A DNA stretch of 63,377 nt, counting the filler, from Candidatus Woesearchaeota archaeon (GTDB taxonomy: Archaea; Nanobdellota; Nanobdellia; Woesearchaeales; WJIZ01), in the NCBI GenBank assembly GCA_018221205.1. It is 4 parts of 4 records of this genome, joined end to end, with 100 filler letters (N's around TTAATTAATTAA, not from the genome) between each part and the next. Parts side by side here need not be neighbours in the genome. Positions count along the whole stretch, not along the records: positions 1 to 13,606 come from JAAOYF010000029.1; 3 more parts are not named here. One strand, 5' to 3'. This document shows positions 1 through 10,055 of this stretch, piece by piece. Both the position numbers and the translations under genes were made by a program. The notes beneath the pieces were generated by a model. The model did no database searches, had not been told where the DNA came from, and worked only from the letters and a program-made list of their open reading frames with translations. Each line of letters begins with the position of its first letter. Position 1 is the stretch's first letter.

Positions 1-1
1 A

Positions 2-1099
2 TCACTCTCTCTTCTCGGAAGCACTGGCAGCATCGGTACGCAGACATTGGATATTGTCAAGAATAATCCTTCTCAGTTTTCGATCAAGACATTAGCTTGC
101 CATTCTAATATTGCATTATTGGGGCAGCAGATCAAAGAGTTCAATCCAGAACTGGTCTGTGTGTTTGACAAAGAGAAGGCAGATCTATTGAAGAGTGATG
201 TTTCTGTTGTTTCTGGGATGGATGGATTGAAGAAATTAGCTAAAGAAGGGGACATGGTTGTCAATTCTTTGGTCGGCAGCATCGGCATATTGCCGACAGT
301 AGAAGCGATCAAAGCTAAAAAAGATGTTGCGCTTGCGAATAAAGAGACTCTTGTTGCTGCAGGGTATATTGTCATGGATATGGTGAAGAAGAATGATGTC
401 TCTCTTGTTCCGATCGATTCTGAGCATTCTGCCATCTTCCAATGCCTGCAGGGGCATAAGAATCCTAAGAAGATCATCATCACCTGCTCTGGCGGTCCTT
501 TTCGTACAAAATCATTGGTCGAATTAGAAGCAGTCACTAAACAAGATGCTTTGAAACATCCGAATTGGGCTATGGGGAACAAAATCACGATTGATTCTGC
601 TACACTGATGAATAAAGGATTAGAAGTTATCGAAGCGCACATGCTTTTTGGCATGGGTTATGATGATATCGATGTTGTGGTTCATCCTCAGAGCATTGTC
701 CATTCACTTGTTGAGTTTAAGGATACTTCTGTTCTGGCGCAATTAGGCTGGCCTGATATGAACATCCCTATCCAATATGCATTGAGTTATCCTCAACGTC
801 TTACCTCTGGCTGGAAAAGCCTTGATCTTGCTGCTGTCTCTCAGCTCCATTTCGAGAAGCCTGATTTAAGCCGGTTTCCTTCTCTTGCTTATGCCTATGA
901 TGCTGGCAAAGCAGGAGGGAGCATGCCTTGTGTGATGAATGCTGCGAATGAAAAAGCTGTCTGTCAATTCTTGAATGATGAAATTGCTTTCTTAGATATC
1001 GCAAGATTAATAAAAGAGGAGATGGAAAATCATACTATAATCAAGAATCCTGAACTGGATGAGTTATTGGCACTTGATACAAAGATAAAAAATGACTAA
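2..1099 (+). CDS. dxr: 1-deoxy-D-xylulose-5-phosphate reductoisomerase (5'-truncated by window edge)
   Basis: Frame is open from position 2 (SLSLLGSTGSIGTQTL, NADPH-binding motif). Also LANKETLV, PIDSEH, SGGPF, HPNWAMGNKITIDSATLMNKGLEVIEA and NAANE motifs. Confidence 0.97.
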   Translation, partial: SLSLLGSTGSIGTQTLDIVKNNPSQFSIKTLACHSNIALLGQQIKEFNPELVCVFDKEKADLLKSDVSVVSGMDGLKKLAKEGDMVVNSLVGSIGILPTVEAIKAKKDVALANKETLVAAGYIVMDMVKKNDVSLVPIDSEHSAIFQCLQGHKNPKKIIITCSGGPFRTKSLVELEAVTKQDALKHPNWAMGNKITIDSATLMNKGLEVIEAHMLFGMGYDDIDVVVHPQSIVHSLVEFKDTSVLAQLGWPDMNIPIQYALSYPQRLTSGWKSLDLAAVSQLHFEKPDLSRFPSLAYAYDAGKAGGSMPCVMNAANEKAVCQFLNDEIAFLDIARLIKEEMENHTIIKNPELDELLALDTKIKND

Positions 1100-2249
1100 T
1101 TATGCATTGATCACTGCTGCTGGCATCGGCAAACGGATGAATTCTGAGATGAATAAGATCTTCATGCTGCTTGAAGAGCAGCCTATCATCGCCATGGTAG
1201 TGAAGAAATTCAATGATTCTCCAAGCATCGATAAGATCATCTTGATTGCTCGTGAGGAAGATCATGAGGAACTGAAGAAGATCAAAGAGGATTATCAGTT
1301 TGACAAAGTAGAGAAGATCGTCCTTGGAGGAGAGAAGAGGCAGCATAGCGTGTATAACGGCATCATCTCTCTTGAAGGTGCGAAAGCAGATGATATCCTG
1401 GTTATCCATAATGGTGTGAATCCTTTCATCGATGAGAAGACTATAAGAGATTCGATCGAAGCTGCTAAAAAGTATGAAGCGTCTGTTGTCGGTTTTAAGG
1501 CACGCGATACTATCAAAGAAGTTGATGAGAAAGGGTTTGTCGTCAAGACGCTTGAACGAGATAATCATTGGCAGGTGCAGACTCCTCAATGCATCAGATA
1601 TGGAACAGCTAAAAAAGCATTCAAGAAAGCATTTGATGAGGAGTTCATCGGCACTGATGATGTCATGCTAGTCGAGAGATTAGGCAAGAAAGTGAAGATG
1701 ATTGAATGTCCTTATGAAAATATCAAGATCACTTTGCCGAATGATATTGAGTTTGCAAACAAATTACTGAAGCATTCCCGTATAGGATTCGGCATGGACA
1801 GCCATCGGTTTGTCAAAGAAGAGCAGAAAGAGCTTGTCATGGGCGGAGTTAGCCTTCCTGGGAAAGGTTTTGATGCAAACTCTGATGGTGATGTCATCCT
1901 TCATGCAATCTTCAATGCCATTTCCCAAGGTCTTGGAGAAAAATCCTTGGGGCATTATGCTGATGATATGTGCCAGAAAGGCATCACTGATAGTGAAGAA
2001 TATCTTAAGGTCATGCTGAAGATCATGACTGATCGGGGATATAAAGTAAATAACATCGGTTTGATGCTTGAAGGCAAAGAACCGAAGATTCGAGATCATG
2101 AAGACAAGATCAAAGAGAATTTGGTTCGCATCTTGGGCATCTCTGAGGAGAATATCGGTATTACGGCCACGACTGGAGAGGGATTAAGTGCGTTTGGTAA
2201 AGGATTGGGCATACAATGCTTCTGTGTTGCTACGTTGAGTAAGAAATAA
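1092..2249 (+). CDS. ispDF: Bifunctional IspD/IspF (MEP cytidylyltransferase + MEcPP synthase)
   Basis: N-terminal AAGIGKRM, GGEKRQHSV, VQTPQ, TDD, NIKIT (IspD). C-terminal RIGFGMDSHRF, SDGDVILHA, ITATTGEGL (IspF). Confidence 0.95.
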   Translation: MTNYALITAAGIGKRMNSEMNKIFMLLEEQPIIAMVVKKFNDSPSIDKIILIAREEDHEELKKIKEDYQFDKVEKIVLGGEKRQHSVYNGIISLEGAKADDILVIHNGVNPFIDEKTIRDSIEAAKKYEASVVGFKARDTIKEVDEKGFVVKTLERDNHWQVQTPQCIRYGTAKKAFKKAFDEEFIGTDDVMLVERLGKKVKMIECPYENIKITLPNDIEFANKLLKHSRIGFGMDSHRFVKEEQKELVMGGVSLPGKGFDANSDGDVILHAIFNAISQGLGEKSLGHYADDMCQKGITDSEEYLKVMLKIMTDRGYKVNNIGLMLEGKEPKIRDHEDKIKENLVRILGISEENIGITATTGEGLSAFGKGLGIQCFCVATLSKK

Positions 2250-2255
2250 GAGGGG

Positions 2256-2366
2256 ATTGAGACGGTCAAAAAGAAAGGATTTTTCGGCAAGTTATTTGAT
2301 AACATTGACAAGAAGCTTGAGAAGAAGTCAAAAGATAAGAAATGCTGCTGTCAAGACTCTAAATAA
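2256..2366 (+). CDS. Putative small Lys-rich protein with CCC tail (non-ATG start)
   Basis: Open frame [36 protein letters not shown]. Its TAA overlaps the permease ATG (TAATG). No ATG/GTG/TTG in frame. Confidence 0.5.
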   Translation: METVKKKGFFGKLFDNIDKKLEKKSKDKKCCCQDSK

Positions 2367-3319
2367 TGTTACAGAGAATTGTCGATTGGATAGTGTATTC
2401 TGTTCTTGGATTACATCCTGAAATGCGCTGGGTGGAATCACTTCATTTTTTCATCTATGATTCGATAAAAATACTTTTGTTGTTATTTGTGATGATCTTC
2501 ATCATCGGATTTCTCAGGACCTATCTGCCCCAGACTAAAGTAAAGAAATGGATCAGCGGAAAGAGATATGGTGTAGGCAATGTAACTGCCTCTTTCTTCG
2601 GCGCTGTGACTCCTTTTTGCTCCTGTTCATCAATCCCTATCTTCATCAGTTTTCTAGAAGCTGGCGTACCATTAGGTGTCACGTTCTCTTTTTTGATCAC
2701 TTCTCCATTGGTCAATGAATATCTTGTTGTCTTGATGCTCGGATTTTTCGGTTGGAAGATCACTCTGGCTTATGTGATAAGCGGAATACTTATCGGAACA
2801 ATCTCTGGATTGATCCTTGGCAGGATGAAGCTTGAGAAATACCTGGTCAAAGACCTGATATCAGGAAAAAGGGCTAAAGATATTGTCTATGATCGAATCA
2901 AGAAAAGAGTAGCATTTGGATTCAATGAAGCGATCTCTATCATAAAGAAATTATGGTTGTGGATCCTTATTGGTGTAGGCATTGGAGCAATCATCCATAA
3001 TTATGTCCCTGCAGAAGTGATCCAATCTATAGTAAGTAAAGGAGGAATATTTGCTGTGCCTATTGCCGTCCTGTTGGGCGTTCCTTTATATGGGAGTTGT
3101 GCAGCGATTGTGCCTGTTGCTGTTGTCTTGTTCCAAAAAGGAGTTCCTCTCGGCACTGCATTGGCCTTCATGATGGCTGTATCGGCATTGAGCTTTCCAG
3201 AGGCTATCATCCTGAGAAGGGCCATGAAACTGAAATTGATCGCCATATTCTTTGGGGTAGTGGCAATAGCGATAATCCTAACCGGATATATCTATAATCT
3301 CTTACAAATGATGCTTTAA
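2366..3319 (+). CDS. ArsP/DUF318-family permease
   Basis: Multi-TM protein with [39 protein letters not shown] signature motifs. Confidence 0.88.
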   Translation: MLQRIVDWIVYSVLGLHPEMRWVESLHFFIYDSIKILLLLFVMIFIIGFLRTYLPQTKVKKWISGKRYGVGNVTASFFGAVTPFCSCSSIPIFISFLEAGVPLGVTFSFLITSPLVNEYLVVLMLGFFGWKITLAYVISGILIGTISGLILGRMKLEKYLVKDLISGKRAKDIVYDRIKKRVAFGFNEAISIIKKLWLWILIGVGIGAIIHNYVPAEVIQSIVSKGGIFAVPIAVLLGVPLYGSCAAIVPVAVVLFQKGVPLGTALAFMMAVSALSFPEAIILRRAMKLKLIAIFFGVVAIAIILTGYIYNLLQMML

Positions 3320-3357
3320 TCGAGATAGTAAGTTTTATTAAAAGAACATTCTTGGTC

Positions 3358-3687
3358 ATGCTTATGCTAGGAAAAGTTTTTGGTATCGTGATGCTGCCGA
3401 TCAGCATCCTGATCATTCTTGGGGAGATTGGAATTGGATTTAGCTTGCCATTCAATCTTGCCTTATTAGGGGCGATACTTATGATCGCTCTGCAGTTGGT
3501 CAATATGGTTGCAGCAAAATCACATAATGGCCACCTAAGAATTATGCAGATAGTTACCGCAATCTTCTTCATCGCACCGGCACTGGCGCTGATCGCTAAG
3601 GAATTTTTTGGACTTATAGTTGTTGATTCGCTGCCGCTTATCGTAGGGGTGATCATGCTCGCTGAAGCATTGTACGCTTTGCATTGA
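3358..3687 (+). CDS. Hypothetical 4-TM membrane protein
   Basis: Hydrophobic ORF filling the intergenic space; exact start uncertain (3352/3358/3364). Confidence 0.7.
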   Translation: MLMLGKVFGIVMLPISILIILGEIGIGFSLPFNLALLGAILMIALQLVNMVAAKSHNGHLRIMQIVTAIFFIAPALALIAKEFFGLIVVDSLPLIVGVIMLAEALYALH

Positions 3688-3716
3688 TTGTTATCACTTA
3701 TTAATAGTTACATATA

Positions 3717-3730
3717 GAAAGATTTATAAA
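3717..3730 (+). promoter_or_regulatory. Archaeal BRE/TATA promoter element
   Basis: GAAAGATTTATAAA upstream of the HD-domain gene; identical 14-mer at 30879-30892. Confidence 0.55.
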
Positions 3731-3771
3731 TGGATTATTGTCTTCTTAATGCATAGAAATTCATAGCTAAA

Positions 3772-4446
3772 ATGAACAAAGAAACAATCCAGAATTGGGC
3801 GCGGGAATTAGTTGAAGCTAACCCAGATAATTTTCATTCTCCTGAGGATTATATACGCCATCTTGGAGAAGTCTATGATGTAGCAGAAGTTGTCGTGGGG
3901 AATATTCTAGCGAAATATCCTAATATTCCTCTCATTGCAGAAGAAATTTCTTTAGCGGCAGGACTGCATGATATCGGAAGGCCTCTAGAAAAGGATCAGA
4001 CTTTTCATGAGTTACGGGGTGCCCGGTTAATCGAAGAAAATGGATTGACTAAAGGTGTTGCCCCTTCTTTAAGAGAGGTAGACCGGATAGCGCAGATGAT
4101 CAGGCCCCATGGATTCGTATATGAGATGTGGCATGATCCAGATTGTGCTGATCAACGATCAGAATATGAACCATTGGATGATATCCTTTTATTGCCGCGG
4201 ACATGGCAAGAAGCAATTGTCGCATATGCTGATATGGCAAACCTTGGTGGTGAACGAGTCCGTGTTGCAGAACGGATGGATGAACTGATACATCGTTATG
4301 AACATGATCCGAAGTACAAGAATGAGATGATAGTACGTACTGCTCAAACAGCTCTTGACCGTCTTTTATCTTTAGCAGAACGGGTTGAGCTGTTAGAACA
4401 AGGGAAAATGAATGACAAAGAGATCGTACAATATGGATTTCTCTGA
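3772..4446 (+). CDS. HD-domain metal-dependent phosphohydrolase
   Basis: RH...AAGLHDIGR...HELRGA...RPHG...IVAYADM motif set. Confidence 0.85.
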   Translation: MNKETIQNWARELVEANPDNFHSPEDYIRHLGEVYDVAEVVVGNILAKYPNIPLIAEEISLAAGLHDIGRPLEKDQTFHELRGARLIEENGLTKGVAPSLREVDRIAQMIRPHGFVYEMWHDPDCADQRSEYEPLDDILLLPRTWQEAIVAYADMANLGGERVRVAERMDELIHRYEHDPKYKNEMIVRTAQTALDRLLSLAERVELLEQGKMNDKEIVQYGFL

Positions 4447-4489
4447 TCCTCTAAAAAGTATTAAATAGTCCTACGCTTATTTTTGCATC

Positions 4490-5839
4490 ATGCTAAAAAA
4501 AAGGGGAACTTATATTATCTGCTTTTTAGCTTTGATTCTTATTGGCTGCCAACCTGCAGATGACCAAAAGTGTGATCAGGGTTTTATTTGGGATATCGAT
4601 GATTGCTGTCCTGATGGGAATAACGACGGGAGATGTGATGTGATAGAAGAGCCTCGCTTAGAAGATGTAGCTACAAGAGATATCATCGCTGAAGAAGATA
4701 AACCCTTTGAACAAGATTATAAGAAGATGGGATTATTTGGAGGGCAATGTGAAGGCACTGGCTCTTTCAAATTCAAGACATTTCCTTTAGATATTGAGGA
4801 TGTTGAAGCGATCATCCCTATGGGAAGGGTGCAGGATTCACATGTCACGCCGACAGACCATCAGTATATACTTCCTAAAGGCATCACAAGCGGCTCGATG
4901 TTGACAGACAATCCTGAACAGTATGAGATAAAGGCTCCGGCTGATGGATATATCATCAGTGTAGAGATATTCAAAGAGCCCATTGAGGAAGATTATCGGG
5001 ACCAGGAATATGAAGATAATTACTTGGTCATCATGGAACACTCCTGTACATTTTATTCAGAGATGATCCACCTCTCTACTTTAAAGCCTCAAATTTTATC
5101 ACAGATCAACTTTCAGAATCCTGATTCACAGCATCCTTTTGGCAGTGGCAGAGTAGCTGTCAAAGAAGGAGAAGTCATCGGTACGATGGGTGCACGATCA
5201 TTTGACTTCTATATCATTGATACAGACATTAATCTGGATTATATCAATCCAGAACATTTCTCTGGAGATTTTCAGGCATGGAAAACACATGTTGTTGATA
5301 CGTTTGATTATTTAGAAGAACCTTTACGAAGCCAGTTGCTTGCAAAGAATATCAGAAAAGTAGAACCTTATGGTGGAAGGATTGATTATGATGTTGATGG
5401 AACTTTATTGGGTAACTGGTACACTGATTGGGATCCTGAGAAAGTCCAAGAAATAATATGGAATTATTGGACCAGGGAAATCAGCATTGTCTATGATTAT
5501 ATTGATCCAAGTCAAATAAGGATCTCATTGGGAGAATTTGGAGGGTATCCCAGGGCTCATGGTGTTTTGGGTAATACACCCGATCCTGCTGATATTAGTG
5601 TTGAGGATGGCATGGTCAGATATGAACTCGTAAAAGTTGACTATTTTGACGAAGATGGAAATAAGTGGGAAGGTTTCAATTATGCAGATGGTGTCTATGC
5701 GCAAAATTATGATGAAGTCCAAGGTGTTGTTCTATTGCAGATGATTGAAGATAGCAAATTGAAAGTTGAGGTTTTTGCTTATGTTGATCCTTCTACAGTA
5801 ACAGGATTTACTGATAATGCATTGATTTATGAAAGGTAG
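4490..5839 (+). CDS. Acidic lipoprotein with peptidase M23-like fold (degenerate)
   Basis: Lipobox LIGC; CCPDGNNDGRCD motif; HVTPTDH, IKAPADGYI, MEHSC..SEMIHL, VKEGEVIG resemble M23/LytM segments. Confidence 0.6.
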   Translation: MLKKRGTYIICFLALILIGCQPADDQKCDQGFIWDIDDCCPDGNNDGRCDVIEEPRLEDVATRDIIAEEDKPFEQDYKKMGLFGGQCEGTGSFKFKTFPLDIEDVEAIIPMGRVQDSHVTPTDHQYILPKGITSGSMLTDNPEQYEIKAPADGYIISVEIFKEPIEEDYRDQEYEDNYLVIMEHSCTFYSEMIHLSTLKPQILSQINFQNPDSQHPFGSGRVAVKEGEVIGTMGARSFDFYIIDTDINLDYINPEHFSGDFQAWKTHVVDTFDYLEEPLRSQLLAKNIRKVEPYGGRIDYDVDGTLLGNWYTDWDPEKVQEIIWNYWTREISIVYDYIDPSQIRISLGEFGGYPRAHGVLGNTPDPADISVEDGMVRYELVKVDYFDEDGNKWEGFNYADGVYAQNYDEVQGVVLLQMIEDSKLKVEVFAYVDPSTVTGFTDNALIYER

Positions 5840-5885
5840 ACTTGTTACGTTCTTTTCCGGTGTGAAAAATTTTCGTCCGAAAAGT

Positions 5886-6025
5886 CATAGAAATCTGCCG
5901 GAGTGTCCTACCTCGCCTTAAAAGGCGAGGCTTGAACGGACACTTCTTTTGATAGGCAGATTTCTAGGACACAAAAAGCCATTCATCTCCTAGCTAAAGC
6001 AAGGAGCTTTCTGGCTTTTTCGTGT
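5886..6025. repeat. Structured intergenic element, family I, copy 1 (nested stems, IS200/IS605-end-like hairpins)
   Basis: TAGAAATCTGCC/GGCAGATTTCTA, GAGTGTCC/GGACACTT and CCTCGCC/GGCGAGG nested stems, then ACACAAAAAGCC...GGCTTTTTCGTGT. Homologous to 20463-20576. Confidence 0.75.
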
Positions 6026-6317
6026 AAAATTTGAGTTCCCCATAAATTCGCCCGAAGGGAGTCTAATTGTCCGAAAGATTAGGGGTTTCGTTCAAAAGAG
6101 CTTTAACGATACATAAAGAAAAAGTAATTAGGGAAAGTTTTATTATTTTGCATGAAAAGATATTTATATCTTCTAGTTATTATTTTCTTATGCTTAAAAA
6201 GAATGACAAAAATGACCATTACTATTATCATTGCAATAGATTCGGGGATGGGTGGCATTTCATTGTTCAAAAATCGGTAAAGGTACATTTATAAACCACT
6301 TGTTGTACACTGTTTCT

Positions 6318-7043
6318 ATGAGAAAATTATTGTTGCTCTCAATTCTTCTGGTATTGGTTATACCTGCTTTTGCACAAATCTCTGGATTAGTGAATGACCA
6401 AGCTAATGTACTATCAGCCCAGGATAAAGCAAGGATAGAAAGTGTATTAAAAAATATTTACGATAGCAAACAAGCGGAATACGCTGTTGTAATTGTGCAA
6501 AGCCTTGAAGGACAGGATATAGAAGGTTATGCCTTAAATCTTGCCCAGGGAAATCTAGGGGATACAGAAAAGAATAATGGCCTCCTTTTGCTTGTTGCAG
6601 TTGAAGACAGACAGTATAGGTTTGAGGTTGGAAGAGGCATCGAGCCTATTCTCAATGATGCAAAAGTCGGCAGAATCGGGAGGAATTTTCTCGTTGAGAA
6701 TTTTCAAAGTGGAAACTATGGGCAGGGTATTTTAGAAGCAAGTGTAGCTATAGCTGATGAATTAGGTGTTGGGCTCACAGGGGATATTCCGAGAGTCACA
6801 CAAAGAAGATCATCATCGTTGGGCACCTGGATCTCATTTTTTATGTTCTTTATATTTTTCTCATCTTTATTTGCAGGAACGAGTAGAAGATACAATAAAA
6901 GAAACCGATTTTTTAATGCTGCCCTCATGGCTGGACTGATGTTTGGCGGCAGAGGCCGAGGTGGCCTTGGTGGAATGGGCGGCATGGGAGGAGGTTTCGG
7001 CGGTGGTGGATTTGGAGGCGGTGGAGCTTCTGGGGGTTGGTAA
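6318..7043 (+). CDS. TPM-domain protein (YgcG-like) with Gly-rich tail
   Basis: Signal peptide MRKLLLL, VNDQANVLS, NNGLLLLVAVEDR..RFEVGRGIE, C-terminal GGGFGGGGASGGW. ATG at 6318 follows TTTATAAA. Confidence 0.92.
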   Translation: MRKLLLLSILLVLVIPAFAQISGLVNDQANVLSAQDKARIESVLKNIYDSKQAEYAVVIVQSLEGQDIEGYALNLAQGNLGDTEKNNGLLLLVAVEDRQYRFEVGRGIEPILNDAKVGRIGRNFLVENFQSGNYGQGILEASVAIADELGVGLTGDIPRVTQRRSSSLGTWISFFMFFIFFSSLFAGTSRRYNKRNRFFNAALMAGLMFGGRGRGGLGGMGGMGGGFGGGGFGGGGASGGW

Positions 7044-7044
7044 A

Positions 7045-7245
7045 ATGTTTTTCAAGAATAAGATCAAAAAAGTACATAATGAAGACTTGCTTACTTGTCC
7101 GAGATGCAATGTCAAGATGGAAAAATTAAAAAAGAATGATGTTATCATCGATATCTGCAAGAAATGCAATGGAATGTGGTTGGATGATGGAGAGATCCAA
7201 AAGTTAGCAGAAATGTCAAAAGGTGAAAAAAATGGCAAAGAATAA
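7045..7245 (+). CDS. zf-TFIIB-type zinc-ribbon protein
   Basis: CPRC...IDICKKCNGMWLDDGE motif. Confidence 0.85.
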   Translation: MFFKNKIKKVHNEDLLTCPRCNVKMEKLKKNDVIIDICKKCNGMWLDDGEIQKLAEMSKGEKNGKE

Positions 7246-7840
7246 GATGAGCACCGGGAAAACAGTACTCATTGTTGTTGCAGTACTAGTTCTTCTTAGC
7301 ATTTTCTGGTTTATCGGCAGTTACAACGGCTTAATCAGGGCAGATGAAACAGTGAATGAAAAATGGGCGAATGTGCAGAGTGCATACCAAAGAAGGGCAG
7401 ATTTAATCCCTAATCTAGTGTCAACGGTTCAAGGAGCTGTAGAATTTGAAAAAGAAACCCAGACAGAGATTGCAGCACTACGATCAGGGGCCATCGCAGC
7501 AAAACGAGCTTTAGAAAATGCTCAAACACCTCAAGAGCAGATGGCTGCTGCAAGAGAGATAGATTCCATCGTCAACAGGTTTAGCGGCCTAAACATCAAT
7601 GTTGAGAATTATCCACAACTTAAGGCCACTGAGAATTTCTTAAGTCTGCAGGATGAACTTGCAGGCACTGAAAACAGGGTCAAGGTGGATAGGGACATCT
7701 TTAATAAAGCAGTCAGAGACTTGAATATCAAAGTGAGAAGATTTCCGACCAATATAATTGCAGGAATGTTTGGATTCGAGAAAAGAGAATTGTTTGAAGC
7801 TGAAGCAGGTTCAGATCAAGCTCCAGATGTGGAATTTTAG
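7232..7840 (+). CDS. lemA: LemA family protein
   Basis: N-terminal TM; YN..WANVQSAYQRRADLIPNLV, VENYPQLKA..NFLSLQDELAGTENR, FPTNIIAGMFGF. Confidence 0.95.
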   Translation: MAKNKMSTGKTVLIVVAVLVLLSIFWFIGSYNGLIRADETVNEKWANVQSAYQRRADLIPNLVSTVQGAVEFEKETQTEIAALRSGAIAAKRALENAQTPQEQMAAAREIDSIVNRFSGLNINVENYPQLKATENFLSLQDELAGTENRVKVDRDIFNKAVRDLNIKVRRFPTNIIAGMFGFEKRELFEAEAGSDQAPDVEF

Positions 7841-7909
7841 ATAAGATTTTATTGTTGCCCAGTTGCGCAACATGGAAACGTTTATAAAACCCTCTACTGA
7901 TTTTACGTT

Positions 7910-8191
7910 ATGCCAGACGAAAAGCTTGCAAGAGCAATAAGATCAAAGATAAGAAGAGATATTTTACATATACTTTATCAGAAGGAAAAAGCCTCTGTCC
8001 ATGAAATAGCAAAAAAACTGAGCATAACTGAGTCTTCTGCGTCTAAGCATCTAAAGCTGCTGTATGATCTGGGATTTGTAAGTTTTGAGGATCATCCCCC
8101 TGAAAAATTCTATTTTCTTAAAATAAAAGAGATCAGGGAGCTGTTTAAGGTTTACGACAAGGTTGTTGAAAGATTAAAACAGGCAAATTGA
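7910..8191 (+). CDS. ArsR/SmtB-like winged-HTH regulator
   Basis: IRRDIL..L...SVHEIAKKLSITESSASKHLKLLYDLGFV. Confidence 0.85.
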   Translation: MPDEKLARAIRSKIRRDILHILYQKEKASVHEIAKKLSITESSASKHLKLLYDLGFVSFEDHPPEKFYFLKIKEIRELFKVYDKVVERLKQAN

Positions 8192-8227
8192 TGGGACCGA
8201 TAAGTCCTATCAAGCAATTGAAATAAA

Positions 8228-9940
8228 ATGGAAGTATTCATCGAACTAAGTATAATCATCGGGATAACTTTTCTGATAGCCACTATTATGAGGATATTGA
8301 AACAACCTTTGATAATCGGATATATCATTACAGGGATCATTGCAGGTCCTCGTCTTTTTAATGTTATCAGCTCAACAGAATTAGTATCTCTTCTTTCGCA
8401 TATCGGTATTGCGTTGCTTCTTTTTATCGTCGGATTAAGCTTGAATCCAAGAATCATAAAAGATGTCGGTAAGGTCTCTTCTATCACTGGTGTCGGTCAA
8501 GTCATATTTACCTTCATCATTGTATTCATCATATCTACGCTTATAGGGTTTTCAAAGATTGCATCATTATATGTTGCGATTGCCATGACATTCAGCAGCA
8601 CCATCATCATCATGAAGCTACTTTCCGATAAGAAAGATATGGAGACATTATATGGAAGGATAGCCATTGGTTTCTTAATTGTTCAGGATTTGATCGCAAT
8701 ACTTGTTTTGATGGTCATTTCAGCAATCCCTGAAGGACTAAACTTCACTCACTTAATCTTTGGAATAATCTTGAAAGGGGCTGGTCTACTAGCTGTCCTC
8801 TCTTTGATAGGGATCTTCATTTTGCCAAGAATAACTAAGTTGATTGCAAAATCACAAGAATTTCTATTATTATTCTCGCTTGGCTGGTGTTTGGTATTGG
8901 CTTCCACCTTTGATTATTTTGGCCTGTCGATGGAAGTCGGAGCCTTACTAGCGGGAGTTACTTTATCTTTATCTCCCTATCGTTTTGAGATCAGTTCAAG
9001 ATTGAGGCCGCTCCGGGATTTTTTCATCGTACTCTTCTTCATATCACTCGGATCACAGATGGTATTCTCAGATATAATGCTCTACATAGTCCCTATACTA
9101 CTTTTCTCAGCATTCATACTGATCGGAAATCCGCTGATAGTGATGACACTTATGGGATTGCTGGGCTATACAAAAAGAAATAGTTTTTTAGCCGGGCTTA
9201 CTGTGGCCCAGATAAGCGAATTCTCCCTCATTATCGTCGCAATGGGCGTTAAAGTAGGGCACTTGCCAAATGAGATATTATCTGTCGTGACCATCATCGC
9301 TTTGATCACTATTGCAGGCTCAACGTATATGATCCTCTATTCTAATAAGATCTACCCTTATCTATCAAGATACTTAGGAGTATTTGAGAAAAAGGGCAAA
9401 AAAGTCGATGAACATAGATACCATAAAGATAGAAGTTATGATATCCTCCTCTTTGGCTATAATAGGGTGGGCTATAATATCCTAGAGTCATTCAAAAAGA
9501 TAAAAAAGAAATTTTTAGTCATAGATTTCAATCCAGAAACAATAACTAAATTGGTAAAGGAAGGCTTTGATTGCAAATATGGGGATGCAAATGATTCGGA
9601 ACTTCTTAATGAACTAGACTTTTCAAAAACTAAGATGGTCGCTTCAACAATACATGATATAGACACAGATCTTTTGCTGATCAATAAGGTCAGGGAATCC
9701 AATAAGAAAACAATCATCATAATCGTCTCCCATGAGATCGATGAAGCAGTGAGATTATATGATGCCGGCGCCTCTTATGTGCTTATGCCACATTTTTTAG
9801 GTGGACATCATGTATCCACCATGATTGAAGAACACGGATTAAATCCCACTAAATTTCTGAAAGAGAAGATTGCGCACCTTGAACATCTGAGCAGAAGAAA
9901 AGATATGGGGCATAAGCACCCTACACATTATGGGCATTAG
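8228..9940 (+). CDS. CPA2 cation:proton antiporter (KefB/KefC-like) with TrkA-N/KTN domain
   Basis: Multi-TM N-terminus (FSSTIII.KLL, LIVQD, QISEFS) plus GYNRVG and YGDA KTN domain. Confidence 0.92.
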   Translation: MEVFIELSIIIGITFLIATIMRILKQPLIIGYIITGIIAGPRLFNVISSTELVSLLSHIGIALLLFIVGLSLNPRIIKDVGKVSSITGVGQVIFTFIIVFIISTLIGFSKIASLYVAIAMTFSSTIIIMKLLSDKKDMETLYGRIAIGFLIVQDLIAILVLMVISAIPEGLNFTHLIFGIILKGAGLLAVLSLIGIFILPRITKLIAKSQEFLLLFSLGWCLVLASTFDYFGLSMEVGALLAGVTLSLSPYRFEISSRLRPLRDFFIVLFFISLGSQMVFSDIMLYIVPILLFSAFILIGNPLIVMTLMGLLGYTKRNSFLAGLTVAQISEFSLIIVAMGVKVGHLPNEILSVVTIIALITIAGSTYMILYSNKIYPYLSRYLGVFEKKGKKVDEHRYHKDRSYDILLFGYNRVGYNILESFKKIKKKFLVIDFNPETITKLVKEGFDCKYGDANDSELLNELDFSKTKMVASTIHDIDTDLLLINKVRESNKKTIIIIVSHEIDEAVRLYDAGASYVLMPHFLGGHHVSTMIEEHGLNPTKFLKEKIAHLEHLSRRKDMGHKHPTHYGH

Positions 9941-9973
9941 ATTGAATTTGACATCGGGATCCTTGTTATTTTC

Positions 9974-9998
9974 TTTGACCATACGAAGTATGGTTAAA
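9974..9998. other. Intergenic hairpin (possible terminator or REP-like)
   Basis: TTTGACCATAC-GAA-GTATGGTTAAA inverted repeat downstream of the antiporter. Confidence 0.4.
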
Positions 9999-10055
9999 TT
10001 TTTGAAGTCCGTCCTAATAGGTATATTAATAAAGCAATAATACTTTTAAAAATAT

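Noticed and set aside
6067..6294. Short AT-rich ORFs on both strands (6067-6294 +, 6103-6288 -)
   Set aside because: No motifs, mutually overlapping, and overlapping the TPM gene promoter; likely spurious or a remnant.
6950..7040. GGN-rich low-complexity repeat
   Set aside because: Encodes the normal Gly-rich tail of TPM-domain proteins.
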